NCBI GenBank assembly: GCA_965371225.1
Contig: CBDUXP010000007.1
Span: 28,392 to 92,391, forward strand
Reading direction: 5' to 3'
From: an uncultured bacterium
GTDB taxonomy: Bacteria > Abyssobacteria > SURF-5 > CBDUXP01
DNA length: 64,000 bases
Numbering within the stretch: position 1 is the stretch's first letter; each line of letters starts with the position of its first letter. The notes beneath the pieces were generated by a model, which was not told where the DNA came from, did not search any database, and worked only from the letters and a program-made list of their open reading frames with translations. The translations under genes were made by a program, and so were the position numbers. Positions 1 through 8,626 of this stretch are shown here, piece by piece.

Positions 1-351
1 GCGCGGAAACCCGACGTGCGCATCATCGCGGTCGAGCCGGAAGGCTCGCCCGTGCTCAGCGGCGGCAAACCGGGCCCGCACAAGATCCAAGGCATCGGCG
101 CCGGTTTTATTCCGGACATTCTCAACATGGACGTGGTGGACGAGGTCCTCACCGTCGGCAATGAGGAATCGTTCGCCATGGCCAGGCGCTTGGCGAAGGA
201 AGAGGGCATCCTCTGCGGCATCTCCTCCGGCAGCAACGTGGTGGCGAGTTTGGAATACGCCGCCCGCCCCGAAGCCGCCGGCCAAGTGATCGTCACGATG
301 CTGCCGAGCACCGGTGAGCGCTACCTGAGCACTCCACTGGCGGAAGAGTAA
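1..351 (+). CDS. cysK: Cysteine synthase (O-acetylserine sulfhydrylase), C-terminal fragment. The gene starts upstream of the window.
   Basis: The translation [22 protein letters not shown]...GISSGSNV matches the conserved C-terminal half of CysK/CysM. The reading frame is open from nt 1. Confidence 0.8.
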   Translation, partial: ARKPDVRIIAVEPEGSPVLSGGKPGPHKIQGIGAGFIPDILNMDVVDEVLTVGNEESFAMARRLAKEEGILCGISSGSNVVASLEYAARPEAAGQVIVTMLPSTGERYLSTPLAEE

Positions 352-438
352 GACCACCTCGAGTGCGCTGGCAGGGGCCCGGCGCTTGTGGCATGCTTGA
401 GCGTCACGGTGGCCTGGCCCGCCGGGCGTGAGGGCCCC

Positions 439-1437
439 ATGGCAAACGTCATCATCCGCCCACCTTGGTGGTTGCCCGACAGCGACGCGACGGACGAAAC
501 GCGCTTCTGGAACCGGCGCAGCTTCCTGCGGGCCATGGGCACGGCGGGCATCGGCGCACTGGGTGCGGCGAGTGGCACCCTCACCGGCTGCGCGCAGGAC
601 GCGGGCGGGGAGAGTGCCGTGGCGCCGCTCCCGCCACCCCCAGGGGTGCCGGACGACGTGCAGGCGCGGTTCCCTGCGTCGCGAAACGAGGCCTTTGCGG
701 TCGACCGCGCCATCACGCCCGAAGCCGTCGCCGGGCGGTACAACAACTTTTACGAATTCACCACGGACAAGGCGCAGGTGTGGCGCCTGGCCCGCCAACT
801 CCAGAGTCGGCCGTGGACCATCGAGATCGCCGGGCTCGTCAACAAACCGCAGACGATTGATGTGGACGACCTGATACGCACCATGCCGATCGAGGAACGG
901 GTCTACCGGTTTCGCTGTGTGGAAGCGTGGGCGATGACGGTGCCCTGGACGGGTTTTCCGTTGCGCGAGCTTATCAAGCGCGTGGAACCGACCGCGCAGG
1001 CCAAGTACGTGCGCCTGCTGACGTTCTTGCGTCTCGAGCAGGCGCCCGGCCAGCGGGCGCAGCCGTGGTATCCCTGGCCGTACTTTGAGGGGCTGCGCAT
1101 GGACGAGGCCCTGAACGACCTGTCGTTGCTCGTGGTCGGGGCGTACGGGAAGCCGCTCCCGAACCAACACGGCGCCCCCGTCCGCCTCATCGTGCCGTGG
1201 AAGTACGGATTCAAGAGCATCAAATCCATCGTGCGCATCGAGTTCACTGCGGAACAACCACGCACGTTCTGGAACCAGGTCACCCCCAGCGAATACGACT
1301 TCTGGGCGAACGTGAATCCCCGCGTTCCGCACCCGCGATGGTCGCAAGCCACGGAACGTTTGATCGATACGCAGGAGCGCGTCGCCACCCGGCCGTATAA
1401 CGGATACGCCGACCAGGTCGCGTCCCTGTACGCTTAA
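439..1437 (+). CDS. msrP: Protein-methionine-sulfoxide reductase catalytic subunit MsrP (YedY, sulfite-oxidase-family molybdoenzyme)
   Basis: Twin-arginine signal RRSFLRAMGTAGIGALGAA, then a YedY-like core (YNNFYEFT, PIEERVYRFRCVEAW, HGAPVRLIVPWKYGFKSIK). The internal ATG at 439 was chosen over the upstream alternative start at 388. Confidence 0.85.
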   Translation: MANVIIRPPWWLPDSDATDETRFWNRRSFLRAMGTAGIGALGAASGTLTGCAQDAGGESAVAPLPPPPGVPDDVQARFPASRNEAFAVDRAITPEAVAGRYNNFYEFTTDKAQVWRLARQLQSRPWTIEIAGLVNKPQTIDVDDLIRTMPIEERVYRFRCVEAWAMTVPWTGFPLRELIKRVEPTAQAKYVRLLTFLRLEQAPGQRAQPWYPWPYFEGLRMDEALNDLSLLVVGAYGKPLPNQHGAPVRLIVPWKYGFKSIKSIVRIEFTAEQPRTFWNQVTPSEYDFWANVNPRVPHPRWSQATERLIDTQERVATRPYNGYADQVASLYA

Positions 1438-1605
1438 CGCCGGCACGCGCACGCAACGTTTTCGCGTTCACCGTCAGGTAATCCTCGGCAAATCCTGCCG
1501 ATCATTCATTTAAATTCCGCCAGTAGCGGAAACGTTGCTGACACTGCCGCCAAAAGTGGCGCGACGCTTTTGCAGCCGTCCCGCGAGCCCTGATATACCT
1601 AACAT

Positions 1606-2958
1606 ATGAGTTTTGACGCGGGAGTCATTGCGCCGCAACGGATTAGCAACCAGCCGATCCGCCACGACCTCTTGGCCAGGCTGCGCACCTACGCGGCGGC
1701 CGCCGTCATGTGTGCGCTGGCCGTAGCGCTCCTCTTCGCGATCCAAGCGTTCAGTACCCCCTATCCCCTGCCCGTGTCCCTGAGCCTCGTCACCGCCCTC
1801 TTCCTGCTCGTGGTCGTAGTGATCCATCTCTTCTTGTCCCGCCACCGGTGGTACGAGTGGCGCACGGACGGGCTGCTGTTCAAGACCGCCTTCGGCCGTA
1901 CGCGGCTCATTCCCTGGGAGCGGTTCCGCGACGTGCGTTATTTCGCCGGCGTGGCCGTGCCCTTTAGCGTCAAGATCGCCCGCCGCAGTCGGCCGGTCCT
2001 CCTAGGGGTGCACCATCCCGATCTGCCTGCCTGGACGAGCGAATGCATGCGGCGGATGCCCATCGACATGACCCGCGGCGGCCCCCTGACCACCGTGCGG
2101 CGGGAGTGGCTGTTCCTGGTGGGCGCGTGCAGCCTGGGCGCGGCCCTGCTGCTATCCCCCATCGGAATCCTCCGGGCGCTGTACGGCGCGCCGGGGTTCG
2201 CCGTGTGGCTCCTGGCCGTGGGCAGCATTGCGGGCACGCTCGCCGCCATCCTGCGTGAACCCTTGCGTTGGACCCGGATCGGCATCACGCTCGGGCGCGG
2301 CCGGAGGCAGCGGCATTACCGGTGGAACGAAATTCGCGGAGAGTGGCGCCGGACCTTCACCGGTGTGGCCGGCCTCTATCTGCACATCCCGAACGCGCCG
2401 ACGCTGCGGGTGCGACTGGGCGGGTGGGGCGCGCCGCGTTTCGTCGCGTGTCTCGACGCGCCGCCGCCGGCGCCCGCCCGGCAGAGCAGCATGAGCACGG
2501 TGAGCACCGGCGCTCTCTTCCCCTGCATGTTGGCCCTGTTCACCCTGATCGTCGGCATCCAGGTACATCAGAGTTCGCGCCTCTTCAGCGAACTCTCCTT
2601 CGACCGGGTGCGGGCCTTGGCCGGCGTCCAGACCCTCGCGAGGATTATCGAAGTGCGGCAGGATGACCGCGGCCTGCGCGTGCGGTACGCGTTCGAAGCC
2701 GACGGCCGCCGCCATCGCGGACAGGGCTGGCTCCTCACCACCGCCTTGACCAACCTCAAGCACCGGTCGTTCATCCCCGTGCGGTATTTCCCCGGGAAGC
2801 CCCGCGTGTCCGTGCCCGTCGGAGAGCCGACCTTGTACTACGCGTTGTACTACGCCCTCTTCGCGCTCTTCCACGCCATCTTCGTGATCCCGCTGATCGC
2901 CCTGTGGAGCGTCACCCCCGCGCCCCGCCCGTTCACCGTGCCCGGCTTCGCCGCGTAA
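1606..2958 (+). CDS. Hypothetical polytopic membrane protein (several TM segments; the C-terminal part resembles a DUF3592-like TM plus beta domain)
   Basis: 450-aa ORF with multiple long hydrophobic stretches (AAAAVMCALAVALLFAI, VTALFLLVVVVIHLF, LFPCMLALFTLIVGI, YYALFALFHAIFVIPLIALW). Nothing coding is evident on the opposite strand. An AT-richer promoter-like region lies immediately upstream. Confidence 0.55.
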   Translation: MSFDAGVIAPQRISNQPIRHDLLARLRTYAAAAVMCALAVALLFAIQAFSTPYPLPVSLSLVTALFLLVVVVIHLFLSRHRWYEWRTDGLLFKTAFGRTRLIPWERFRDVRYFAGVAVPFSVKIARRSRPVLLGVHHPDLPAWTSECMRRMPIDMTRGGPLTTVRREWLFLVGACSLGAALLLSPIGILRALYGAPGFAVWLLAVGSIAGTLAAILREPLRWTRIGITLGRGRRQRHYRWNEIRGEWRRTFTGVAGLYLHIPNAPTLRVRLGGWGAPRFVACLDAPPPAPARQSSMSTVSTGALFPCMLALFTLIVGIQVHQSSRLFSELSFDRVRALAGVQTLARIIEVRQDDRGLRVRYAFEADGRRHRGQGWLLTTALTNLKHRSFIPVRYFPGKPRVSVPVGEPTLYYALYYALFALFHAIFVIPLIALWSVTPAPRPFTVPGFAA

Positions 2959-3211
2959 ACGCCGCGGCGCCACCACCCGCAACTGCGGTGCTGACCGGGC
3001 TCGCGCGCTTCAACAAGCTCTTTGTCGTCTGGGTGGTGTTGTGCAGCGCCATCGGGGTCGTTGTGCCCGCGGCGTTTGCGTAGTTCCGCCCGTTCATCGT
3101 CCCCGGGCGATCAGTCGGCCTCCTGACCGGGCCCAAGCCGCGGGGGCGGGGCGGCATTGAGGCGCCCGGGGCCGGGTGATACACTTCTAACGCATAGCGT
3201 CACGAGCCTTT

Positions 3212-4456
3212 GTGACGCCATGTGAAACTGCTGTGATTCGCCGTATTCCACAGGCGGCTTGGTTGAGCGTTCTGCTCGCCATGGCGCCGATTCACCACCG
3301 GCCGGCCGGGGGGGAAGCCGCTGTCCCGCCCGCCCAGCCTGCCCCGCGTGCCGTGCCACCGGCCGTACGCGCGCAACTTCACGCGCCGGAACCCGCCGAG
3401 CGCATCCGGGCAGTACGCGGGTTGGCCCCCTACGGTCAAAATGCCGTCGAACCGCTGTTTGCCATGCTGACGGACCCCGAGCCCTCCGTCCGCTGGGCCG
3501 CGCTCGGCACCCTCAACAGCTTGCAACACGCCGACCTGGTCCCGCCCATCCTCGCCGCCCTCCCCAGCGCGGACGAGCGGATGCAGGTGCGCCTGTATTT
3601 CCTGCTCGCGCGGCATGCGGACCGCCGGACCTGGGACACGCTCGTGGCTGGCCTGGGACACACGGACAAGAACGTCCGGCAGGTCTGTGCGGACGGGCTG
3701 ACCCGCACCGCACAGCCCGGTGATGAAGCCGTGCTCGGGAAGGCGTTGGCGACGGCCTCCCCCGCCGTGGCGCTGGGGCTGGTCCAAGCCCTGGCACCGC
3801 TCGGTACGCCGGAGGCAGCCGCCGCCCTGGCGCCCCTGCTGCAGCACGAGGACGCCACGTACCGGCAGTACGGCGCGCAGGGGCTGGCCGAACTGGGCCG
3901 ACCGGAAGCGGTGGCGTACCTGACGCAGCATCTTCACGACTCGTCTGCCGAAGTGCGGTCGTGGGTGTACTACGGCATCAGCCAGCATGGCGACGGGAGC
4001 ACCTTCGACATCCTTCTGGCCGGCACCGCCGACCCGGATGCCTACATCCGCAAGGAAAGCGCTTGGGGCCTCGGTCGGCTCGCAGACGCGCGGGCCCTGT
4101 CCGCGCTGCAGGGCGCCCTGACAGACGAGGAACCTACGGTGCGCGGGAGCGCGGCCGAGGCGCTGGGGATGCTCAACCACCCGGCAGCACTGCCCGATCT
4201 GCAGCGTGCCGCCGCGGACCCCGACCCGACCGTCCGTTTGCTGGCCGCAGAATCCCTGCTCCGCCTGGGGGATGCGAGCGGGACTGCCGAACTGATCGAG
4301 AACCTGCGCCATGACAACCGGCACTTCCGCCGAGTCGCGTTACGCGGCCTGACGCTGTACAGCGGGCAAGCTTTCGGCGGCGATTACGACGCGTGGAAGG
4401 CGTGGTGGGCCGCGCAATCGGCCACCCCCGTCCCGCCGCCGGCAGGCCAGGAGTAG
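3212..4456 (+). CDS. HEAT-repeat (PBS-lyase-like) protein with an N-terminal signal-like segment
   Basis: Repeated ~30-aa units carry a D/E-P-x-x-x-V-R core (EPSVRWAALGTL, DKNVRQVCADGL, DAYIRKESAWGLGRL, EPTVRGSAAEALGML, DPTVRLLAAESLLRL). A hydrophobic N-terminus follows RRIPQAAWLSVLLAMAP. The stop lies 2 nt before the patatin start. Confidence 0.7.
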   Translation: MTPCETAVIRRIPQAAWLSVLLAMAPIHHRPAGGEAAVPPAQPAPRAVPPAVRAQLHAPEPAERIRAVRGLAPYGQNAVEPLFAMLTDPEPSVRWAALGTLNSLQHADLVPPILAALPSADERMQVRLYFLLARHADRRTWDTLVAGLGHTDKNVRQVCADGLTRTAQPGDEAVLGKALATASPAVALGLVQALAPLGTPEAAAALAPLLQHEDATYRQYGAQGLAELGRPEAVAYLTQHLHDSSAEVRSWVYYGISQHGDGSTFDILLAGTADPDAYIRKESAWGLGRLADARALSALQGALTDEEPTVRGSAAEALGMLNHPAALPDLQRAAADPDPTVRLLAAESLLRLGDASGTAELIENLRHDNRHFRRVALRGLTLYSGQAFGGDYDAWKAWWAAQSATPVPPPAGQE

Positions 4457-4458
4457 CG

Positions 4459-5943
4459 ATGGCGAAACGCACCCCGCTGCGCCCGCGGGTCTACATCGTC
4501 GGTGCCACGAAGCGACACGTTGGGGAGGTGCAGCGGATCTTCCGGGACCTCAAGCAGTCTCGCGGGCTGCATGTGGAAACGCAGACCTTCGTCGGATTCG
4601 ACCAACTCCGCCCGCACCTGGAACGCTACGTGAACCTCGTCGTGTTCAACTTCCGCGGCGTGGATCCGGCGCAATTCAAGGGGGCCTTGCGCGACCTCCG
4701 GACCGTGTACAGCGGCCGCATGGTCATCGTCAACGACGACCCCAGCGTCCACCCGTGCATCTGGGGGCGCTTCTACGGGATGAACTACCAGGTCGCGGAC
4801 CCGGCGGCCCTGAGCCCGTACATCGCCCGGACCCTGAGCCGGACGCCGCCGCGCGGGCGCACCGCGATCGTGTTCGCCGGCGGGGGCATTCTGGGCGGCT
4901 TCACCGAGGTGGGGGTCTACAACGCCCTCCACGACATGGGCCTGCGCGACTTCGACATGTACCTGGGCCTCAGCGCCGGCGCCCACGTGGCGGCCGTCGC
5001 CGCGCACCGGATTCCCCCCCGCACCATGATCGAACGGGGCGGGCTCGGGCTGCTGGATTTTTACAGCCCCAATGTGCGCGATGCCGTCAGCAAGAGTCTC
5101 TTCTTCCTGCCAAACCTCATTCAGGGCTCGCTGGAGTATCTTCGCAGTCCGTCCCCCGACCTCTTGTTTCTCCTCTCCAGTCTCTTTCCCAGTGCGGCGC
5201 TCACGGGCAAACGCATCTCACGGAGCCTCGAACGGGCAATCCGGCAAGCCGGGGGCACCAATAGCTTCAAGGACTTGCTCGACCGCGGCGTCGAACTGTA
5301 CGTGACCGCCATGGATCTGGACACCACGGAGCTGAGGGTGTTCGGGGCCGACGACGATGTCGACGTCCCGATTTCCCTGGCGGTCCGGGCGTCCGCCGCC
5401 CTGCCCCTGGCCTACCGCCCAGTGGAGATTGACGGCCGCCAGTACATCGACGGCGGCATCCACACCACCGCCCCGATCGACGTGGCCATCGACCACGGCG
5501 CCGACCTCATCATCTGCGTCAATCCGCTCGTGCCCTTCGTGGCCGACGAGCCGGGCACCATCCAGCGGCTCGGGGCCGTCGGGGTGGCCGAGCAGAGCTA
5601 CCGGACGGTGTTGCGCCAACGGTTGCAGAGCGACATTCAGTACTACCGGCTGGCGCATCCGCGGCGCCTCATCCTCTTGATCGAACCCGACCTGCGGAAC
5701 GCGGCGCTGTTCCACAATCCGCTCAACGCCAATCCGGACCTGATCGCCCGCGCGCTCGCGGAGGGTTACGATTCGGTCCGCCGCTATATGGAGCGGGACT
5801 GGGACTTCGTCGAACGCAGTTTCCTGTACCACGGCCGTCCCATTTCCCGCACGATCATGGAGCGCGTCAGCACCGCCCTGCGCCACTCGGAACTCTCGCA
5901 CGAAGCGCTGATGGACGTGTTCGCCGCGGAAGCCGAGGCCTAG
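4459..5943 (+). CDS. Patatin-like phospholipase with an N-terminal pseudo-receiver (CheY-fold-like, phospho-acceptor Asp absent) domain
   Basis: The three patatin motifs are intact: oxyanion loop FAGGGILGG, nucleophile elbow GLSAG, and the catalytic Asp in YIDGGI. The preceding ~140 aa have a receiver-like beta/alpha pattern (VYIVGA...NLVVFNFRG...RMVIVND) without the conserved acidic residues. The ATG at 4459 lies immediately after the HEAT gene stop. Confidence 0.8.
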   Translation: MAKRTPLRPRVYIVGATKRHVGEVQRIFRDLKQSRGLHVETQTFVGFDQLRPHLERYVNLVVFNFRGVDPAQFKGALRDLRTVYSGRMVIVNDDPSVHPCIWGRFYGMNYQVADPAALSPYIARTLSRTPPRGRTAIVFAGGGILGGFTEVGVYNALHDMGLRDFDMYLGLSAGAHVAAVAAHRIPPRTMIERGGLGLLDFYSPNVRDAVSKSLFFLPNLIQGSLEYLRSPSPDLLFLLSSLFPSAALTGKRISRSLERAIRQAGGTNSFKDLLDRGVELYVTAMDLDTTELRVFGADDDVDVPISLAVRASAALPLAYRPVEIDGRQYIDGGIHTTAPIDVAIDHGADLIICVNPLVPFVADEPGTIQRLGAVGVAEQSYRTVLRQRLQSDIQYYRLAHPRRLILLIEPDLRNAALFHNPLNANPDLIARALAEGYDSVRRYMERDWDFVERSFLYHGRPISRTIMERVSTALRHSELSHEALMDVFAAEAEA

Positions 5944-5977
5944 ACCAACCCTCGCGCAGTCCACCGCGCCGGGCGCT

Positions 5978-6006
5978 TTGACCGCCGCCGGGGGCCTGGC
6001 TATACT
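5978..6006 (+). promoter_or_regulatory. Sigma70-type promoter (TTGACC, 17-nt spacer, TATACT) for the downstream secreted-protein gene
   Basis: Near-consensus -35 and -10 hexamers with a 17-nt spacer, read directly from the sequence. An AGGTGG Shine-Dalgarno lies about 10 nt before the ATG at 6057. Confidence 0.45.
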
Positions 6007-6056
6007 GGGCGCCGAGCCGATGGAGGGGAAAGGCTTGGCTCGAAAGGTGGGATGTA

Positions 6057-6788
6057 ATGCCTAGACGAGCGACCAACACTTTGGGGCGCTGGACTACCTT
6101 CCTGATCCTCACGGTCGTCCTCCCCACACTGGCGGAAGCTGCGGACAGCGTGGCGCTCAAGGCCGGCCCGATCATCGAGGGCGAAATCACGGTCGAGAAC
6201 GAGCAGATCATCAAGATCCGCGTGAAGAACGGCCGGGTCATGCAGTTTCCGCGCGCGGTGATCGAAGCCGTCACGTATGGGCCGAACTCCACCGCGCCGA
6301 GCCAAGTGCAGCAGCGCGAGGATGATTCCAAGGCCGACCTGAAGGAAGCCCAGGAAACCGTCAAGCGGATCCGGAAGCGGCGCCGCCGCCGGCGGAAGCC
6401 GAAGGAGGAAGGGAAGATCGAAGAGACCGGCCAAGTCGCCGCCCAGGGCATCATGGCGGACGGGACGCTCATCATCCCCCCGCAGGGGACGCCGGAAGAA
6501 GACAAGTGGATTGAAGAGTTGCGAAACGGCAAGAACAAGATCGTCGCGTGCCGCACCTTGGCCGAGTTGCAATCCCTGATCGCGCTGCCCGACCTGATTA
6601 ACGCGCTCGATGCCGATGGCCCGATCCTTCGGCGAGAGGCCAACACCGCCCTAATGAAGATCACCCATCAAAACTTCCGCTTTGTTTACGACCAACGGAG
6701 TCGCAGCACCCGGGTCGAGGCGATCAAGCGCTGGCGCAAGTGGTACGAGGAGGCGAGCGGCAAGAAGGTGCCCTGGTCGCGCATGTAG
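6057..6788 (+). CDS. Hypothetical secreted protein with a Lys/Arg-rich low-complexity linker
   Basis: Signal peptide (WTTFLILTVVLPTLAEAAD), then a KRIRKRRRRRRKPKEEGK stretch. It has its own strong promoter and RBS. Confidence 0.5.
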   Translation: MPRRATNTLGRWTTFLILTVVLPTLAEAADSVALKAGPIIEGEITVENEQIIKIRVKNGRVMQFPRAVIEAVTYGPNSTAPSQVQQREDDSKADLKEAQETVKRIRKRRRRRRKPKEEGKIEETGQVAAQGIMADGTLIIPPQGTPEEDKWIEELRNGKNKIVACRTLAELQSLIALPDLINALDADGPILRREANTALMKITHQNFRFVYDQRSRSTRVEAIKRWRKWYEEASGKKVPWSRM

Positions 6789-6804
6789 GGTCTCACGGCC
6801 CGGC

Positions 6805-8568
6805 CTAGCCGCTGGGGCCTGGTGCGGCGGATGCCCGCCGGCCCGCGCGCACCGCCACGACCAAGCTGCACAGCAGCGCGCTCGCGGCGACGCCCATGAA
6901 TTGCAAGAGCCCCACGAGCAGGACCGCGACGGCCGGGTCGCGCTGATCCCAAGGGTGGGGGTCTAGCCCGAAGCCCACTAAAAAGACGGCAGCGCCCGCC
7001 GTCGCCACCGCGGCCAGGCCGCCCGCCACGCTGGCAACCACGCTGCCGAACTTCGGCGCCGCCGCGGTCTGGCGGCGCGCAAGCCAACGGGCCGTGAGGT
7101 AGGCCGCTATCAGCCCCAGCGCGCCCTCGCCGAATCGCGGGAGGGCGAACGGGGCAAGCCCCCGACGGCCCGGGCCGCTCAGGCTGTACCCGTTTCCCCC
7201 GGCCAGGAACAGCCCTACGGGCACAAGGACCCCGACCGCGATACCGGCGATCAGCCAAACGGGCGGGTTCTTCGCGGGGGGCGCGCCCGCGCGCGCGGCC
7301 CGCCGGCGCAGGAGCCCCGAGAGAACCATGGCCCCGAGTCCCAGGCCGGTCGCCGCATAGAGCCGCGGCCGTAAGAACCGCTGGGCGGCGAGGGCCAAGT
7401 GCTCGTGCCACCGAAAGCGCAACGCAGAGGCCAGGTTGGCCGCTTCCGACCACGCCAGCTTCCACTGCTGCGCGCCCAGCGCCGCATCCACCAGGTCGGT
7501 CCGCAAACCCCGCGGCATCGGCGCATCCAACTGCGGATCGGCCAGACCCAGCCGGTCGAGGCGGAAGCGATACGCTTGCAACCGTTGCGCCACCGTATCG
7601 CGCCCGCGGCGCGCGCGAACTTCCGGCGCACAGTCCAGCGCGTCATACAGGGGCCAGCCTTCGTTGTGGGTCGGGATGGGTGTCCCCAGCAGCCACGCCA
7701 CGGTCGAGGCGAGGTCCCCCTGCTCCGCCTGACCCGCGGTACCTGGCCGAATGCCCGCGCCCGCTAACACGCAGGGCACAGTCGCCACGACCGGTTCTCC
7801 GCCCATGTGCCCGCCGCGGTCCAGGTGCCCGTGATCGGCGGTGACTACGAGCGTCTCGCGCGTGAAGTCCAGCGCCCGAGCAATCTCCCCAATGCGTTCC
7901 CCCGTCCGCCGGGCCATCTCCAGATACTCGGGGGACGCACCACCCGCCACGTGGCCGGCGCGGTCCACGATGTCAAAGTGCACCCAGATCAGATTCGGTG
8001 CGTCCGGTTGGGCCAACACTTCGAGCAGGCGGGGCAGCAGGACGTCATCGTCCGCGTAGCCCGGCGCGCTCGGCAGCGAATTCGGCGCATCCAGAAACTG
8101 TTCGAGCGCGTACGGGGAGCGCCACGTCACGACGTTGCCCGTGCGCAACCCTGCCTGATGCGCCGCAGTGTAGATACTGCCGAACGTCCGGTAAAAGCCG
8201 GGGCCGACCGCGGCCGCTCCGGTGTTGTTGAGCATGCCGATGGTGAGTTGCGGCGCGCCGGTGGCAATCACATGCGAGAGCGGGATGGAGGCGGTGGGCG
8301 GCGCCACGCTCAGCGTCCAGTCGGCACCCTGCTCCCGGAGGGTATTGAGCGACGCCATCGCTCGCGACGCGTCCACGCGCAAGCCGTCCACCACGCACAG
8401 CACCACCCGCTCCGTCAGCGGCTCCCCCGCCGGACCCCACGGTAGCGGCTCAGCGAACGGCGTGCGGTACAGCGTCGCGCGGGCGTTCAGTTGCGTGAGC
8501 AGCCCCGCGCCGCACACTCCCAACGCCGCAACCAGGAACAGGAGTCGCGCAGGCGTAAATCGGAACAT
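6805..8568 (-). CDS. Alkaline-phosphatase-superfamily enzyme (nucleotide pyrophosphatase/phosphodiesterase-like) with a C-terminal multi-TM anchor
   Basis: Metal-ligand motifs of the AP/NPP fold (VVDGLRVD near the N-terminus, VTADHGH later). The C-terminal ~200 aa are strongly hydrophobic. Confidence 0.6.
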   Translation of the reverse strand: MFRFTPARLLFLVAALGVCGAGLLTQLNARATLYRTPFAEPLPWGPAGEPLTERVVLCVVDGLRVDASRAMASLNTLREQGADWTLSVAPPTASIPLSHVIATGAPQLTIGMLNNTGAAAVGPGFYRTFGSIYTAAHQAGLRTGNVVTWRSPYALEQFLDAPNSLPSAPGYADDDVLLPRLLEVLAQPDAPNLIWVHFDIVDRAGHVAGGASPEYLEMARRTGERIGEIARALDFTRETLVVTADHGHLDRGGHMGGEPVVATVPCVLAGAGIRPGTAGQAEQGDLASTVAWLLGTPIPTHNEGWPLYDALDCAPEVRARRGRDTVAQRLQAYRFRLDRLGLADPQLDAPMPRGLRTDLVDAALGAQQWKLAWSEAANLASALRFRWHEHLALAAQRFLRPRLYAATGLGLGAMVLSGLLRRRAARAGAPPAKNPPVWLIAGIAVGVLVPVGLFLAGGNGYSLSGPGRRGLAPFALPRFGEGALGLIAAYLTARWLARRQTAAAPKFGSVVASVAGGLAAVATAGAAVFLVGFGLDPHPWDQRDPAVAVLLVGLLQFMGVAASALLCSLVVAVRAGRRASAAPGPSG

Positions 8569-8626
8569 GGTCAGAGTGTACTAGCCGCGCGGTCAAGGGC
8601 CCCGGCGATGGCCGCCGTGCGACAGC

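Noticed and set aside
2152-2982. 276-aa minus-strand ORF and other 60-200-aa ORFs nested in annotated genes (for example 3200..4324, 4384..5007, 6686..7465, 24554..25567, 26824..27675, 35682..36332)
   Set aside because: All are antisense to or frame-shifted within stronger calls. Their compositions are Arg/Gly/Pro/Ala-biased, as expected from 68% GC, and I treated them as spurious.
5218-5964. 248-aa minus-strand ORF
   Set aside because: It lies wholly inside the patatin gene on the opposite strand and has no motif support.
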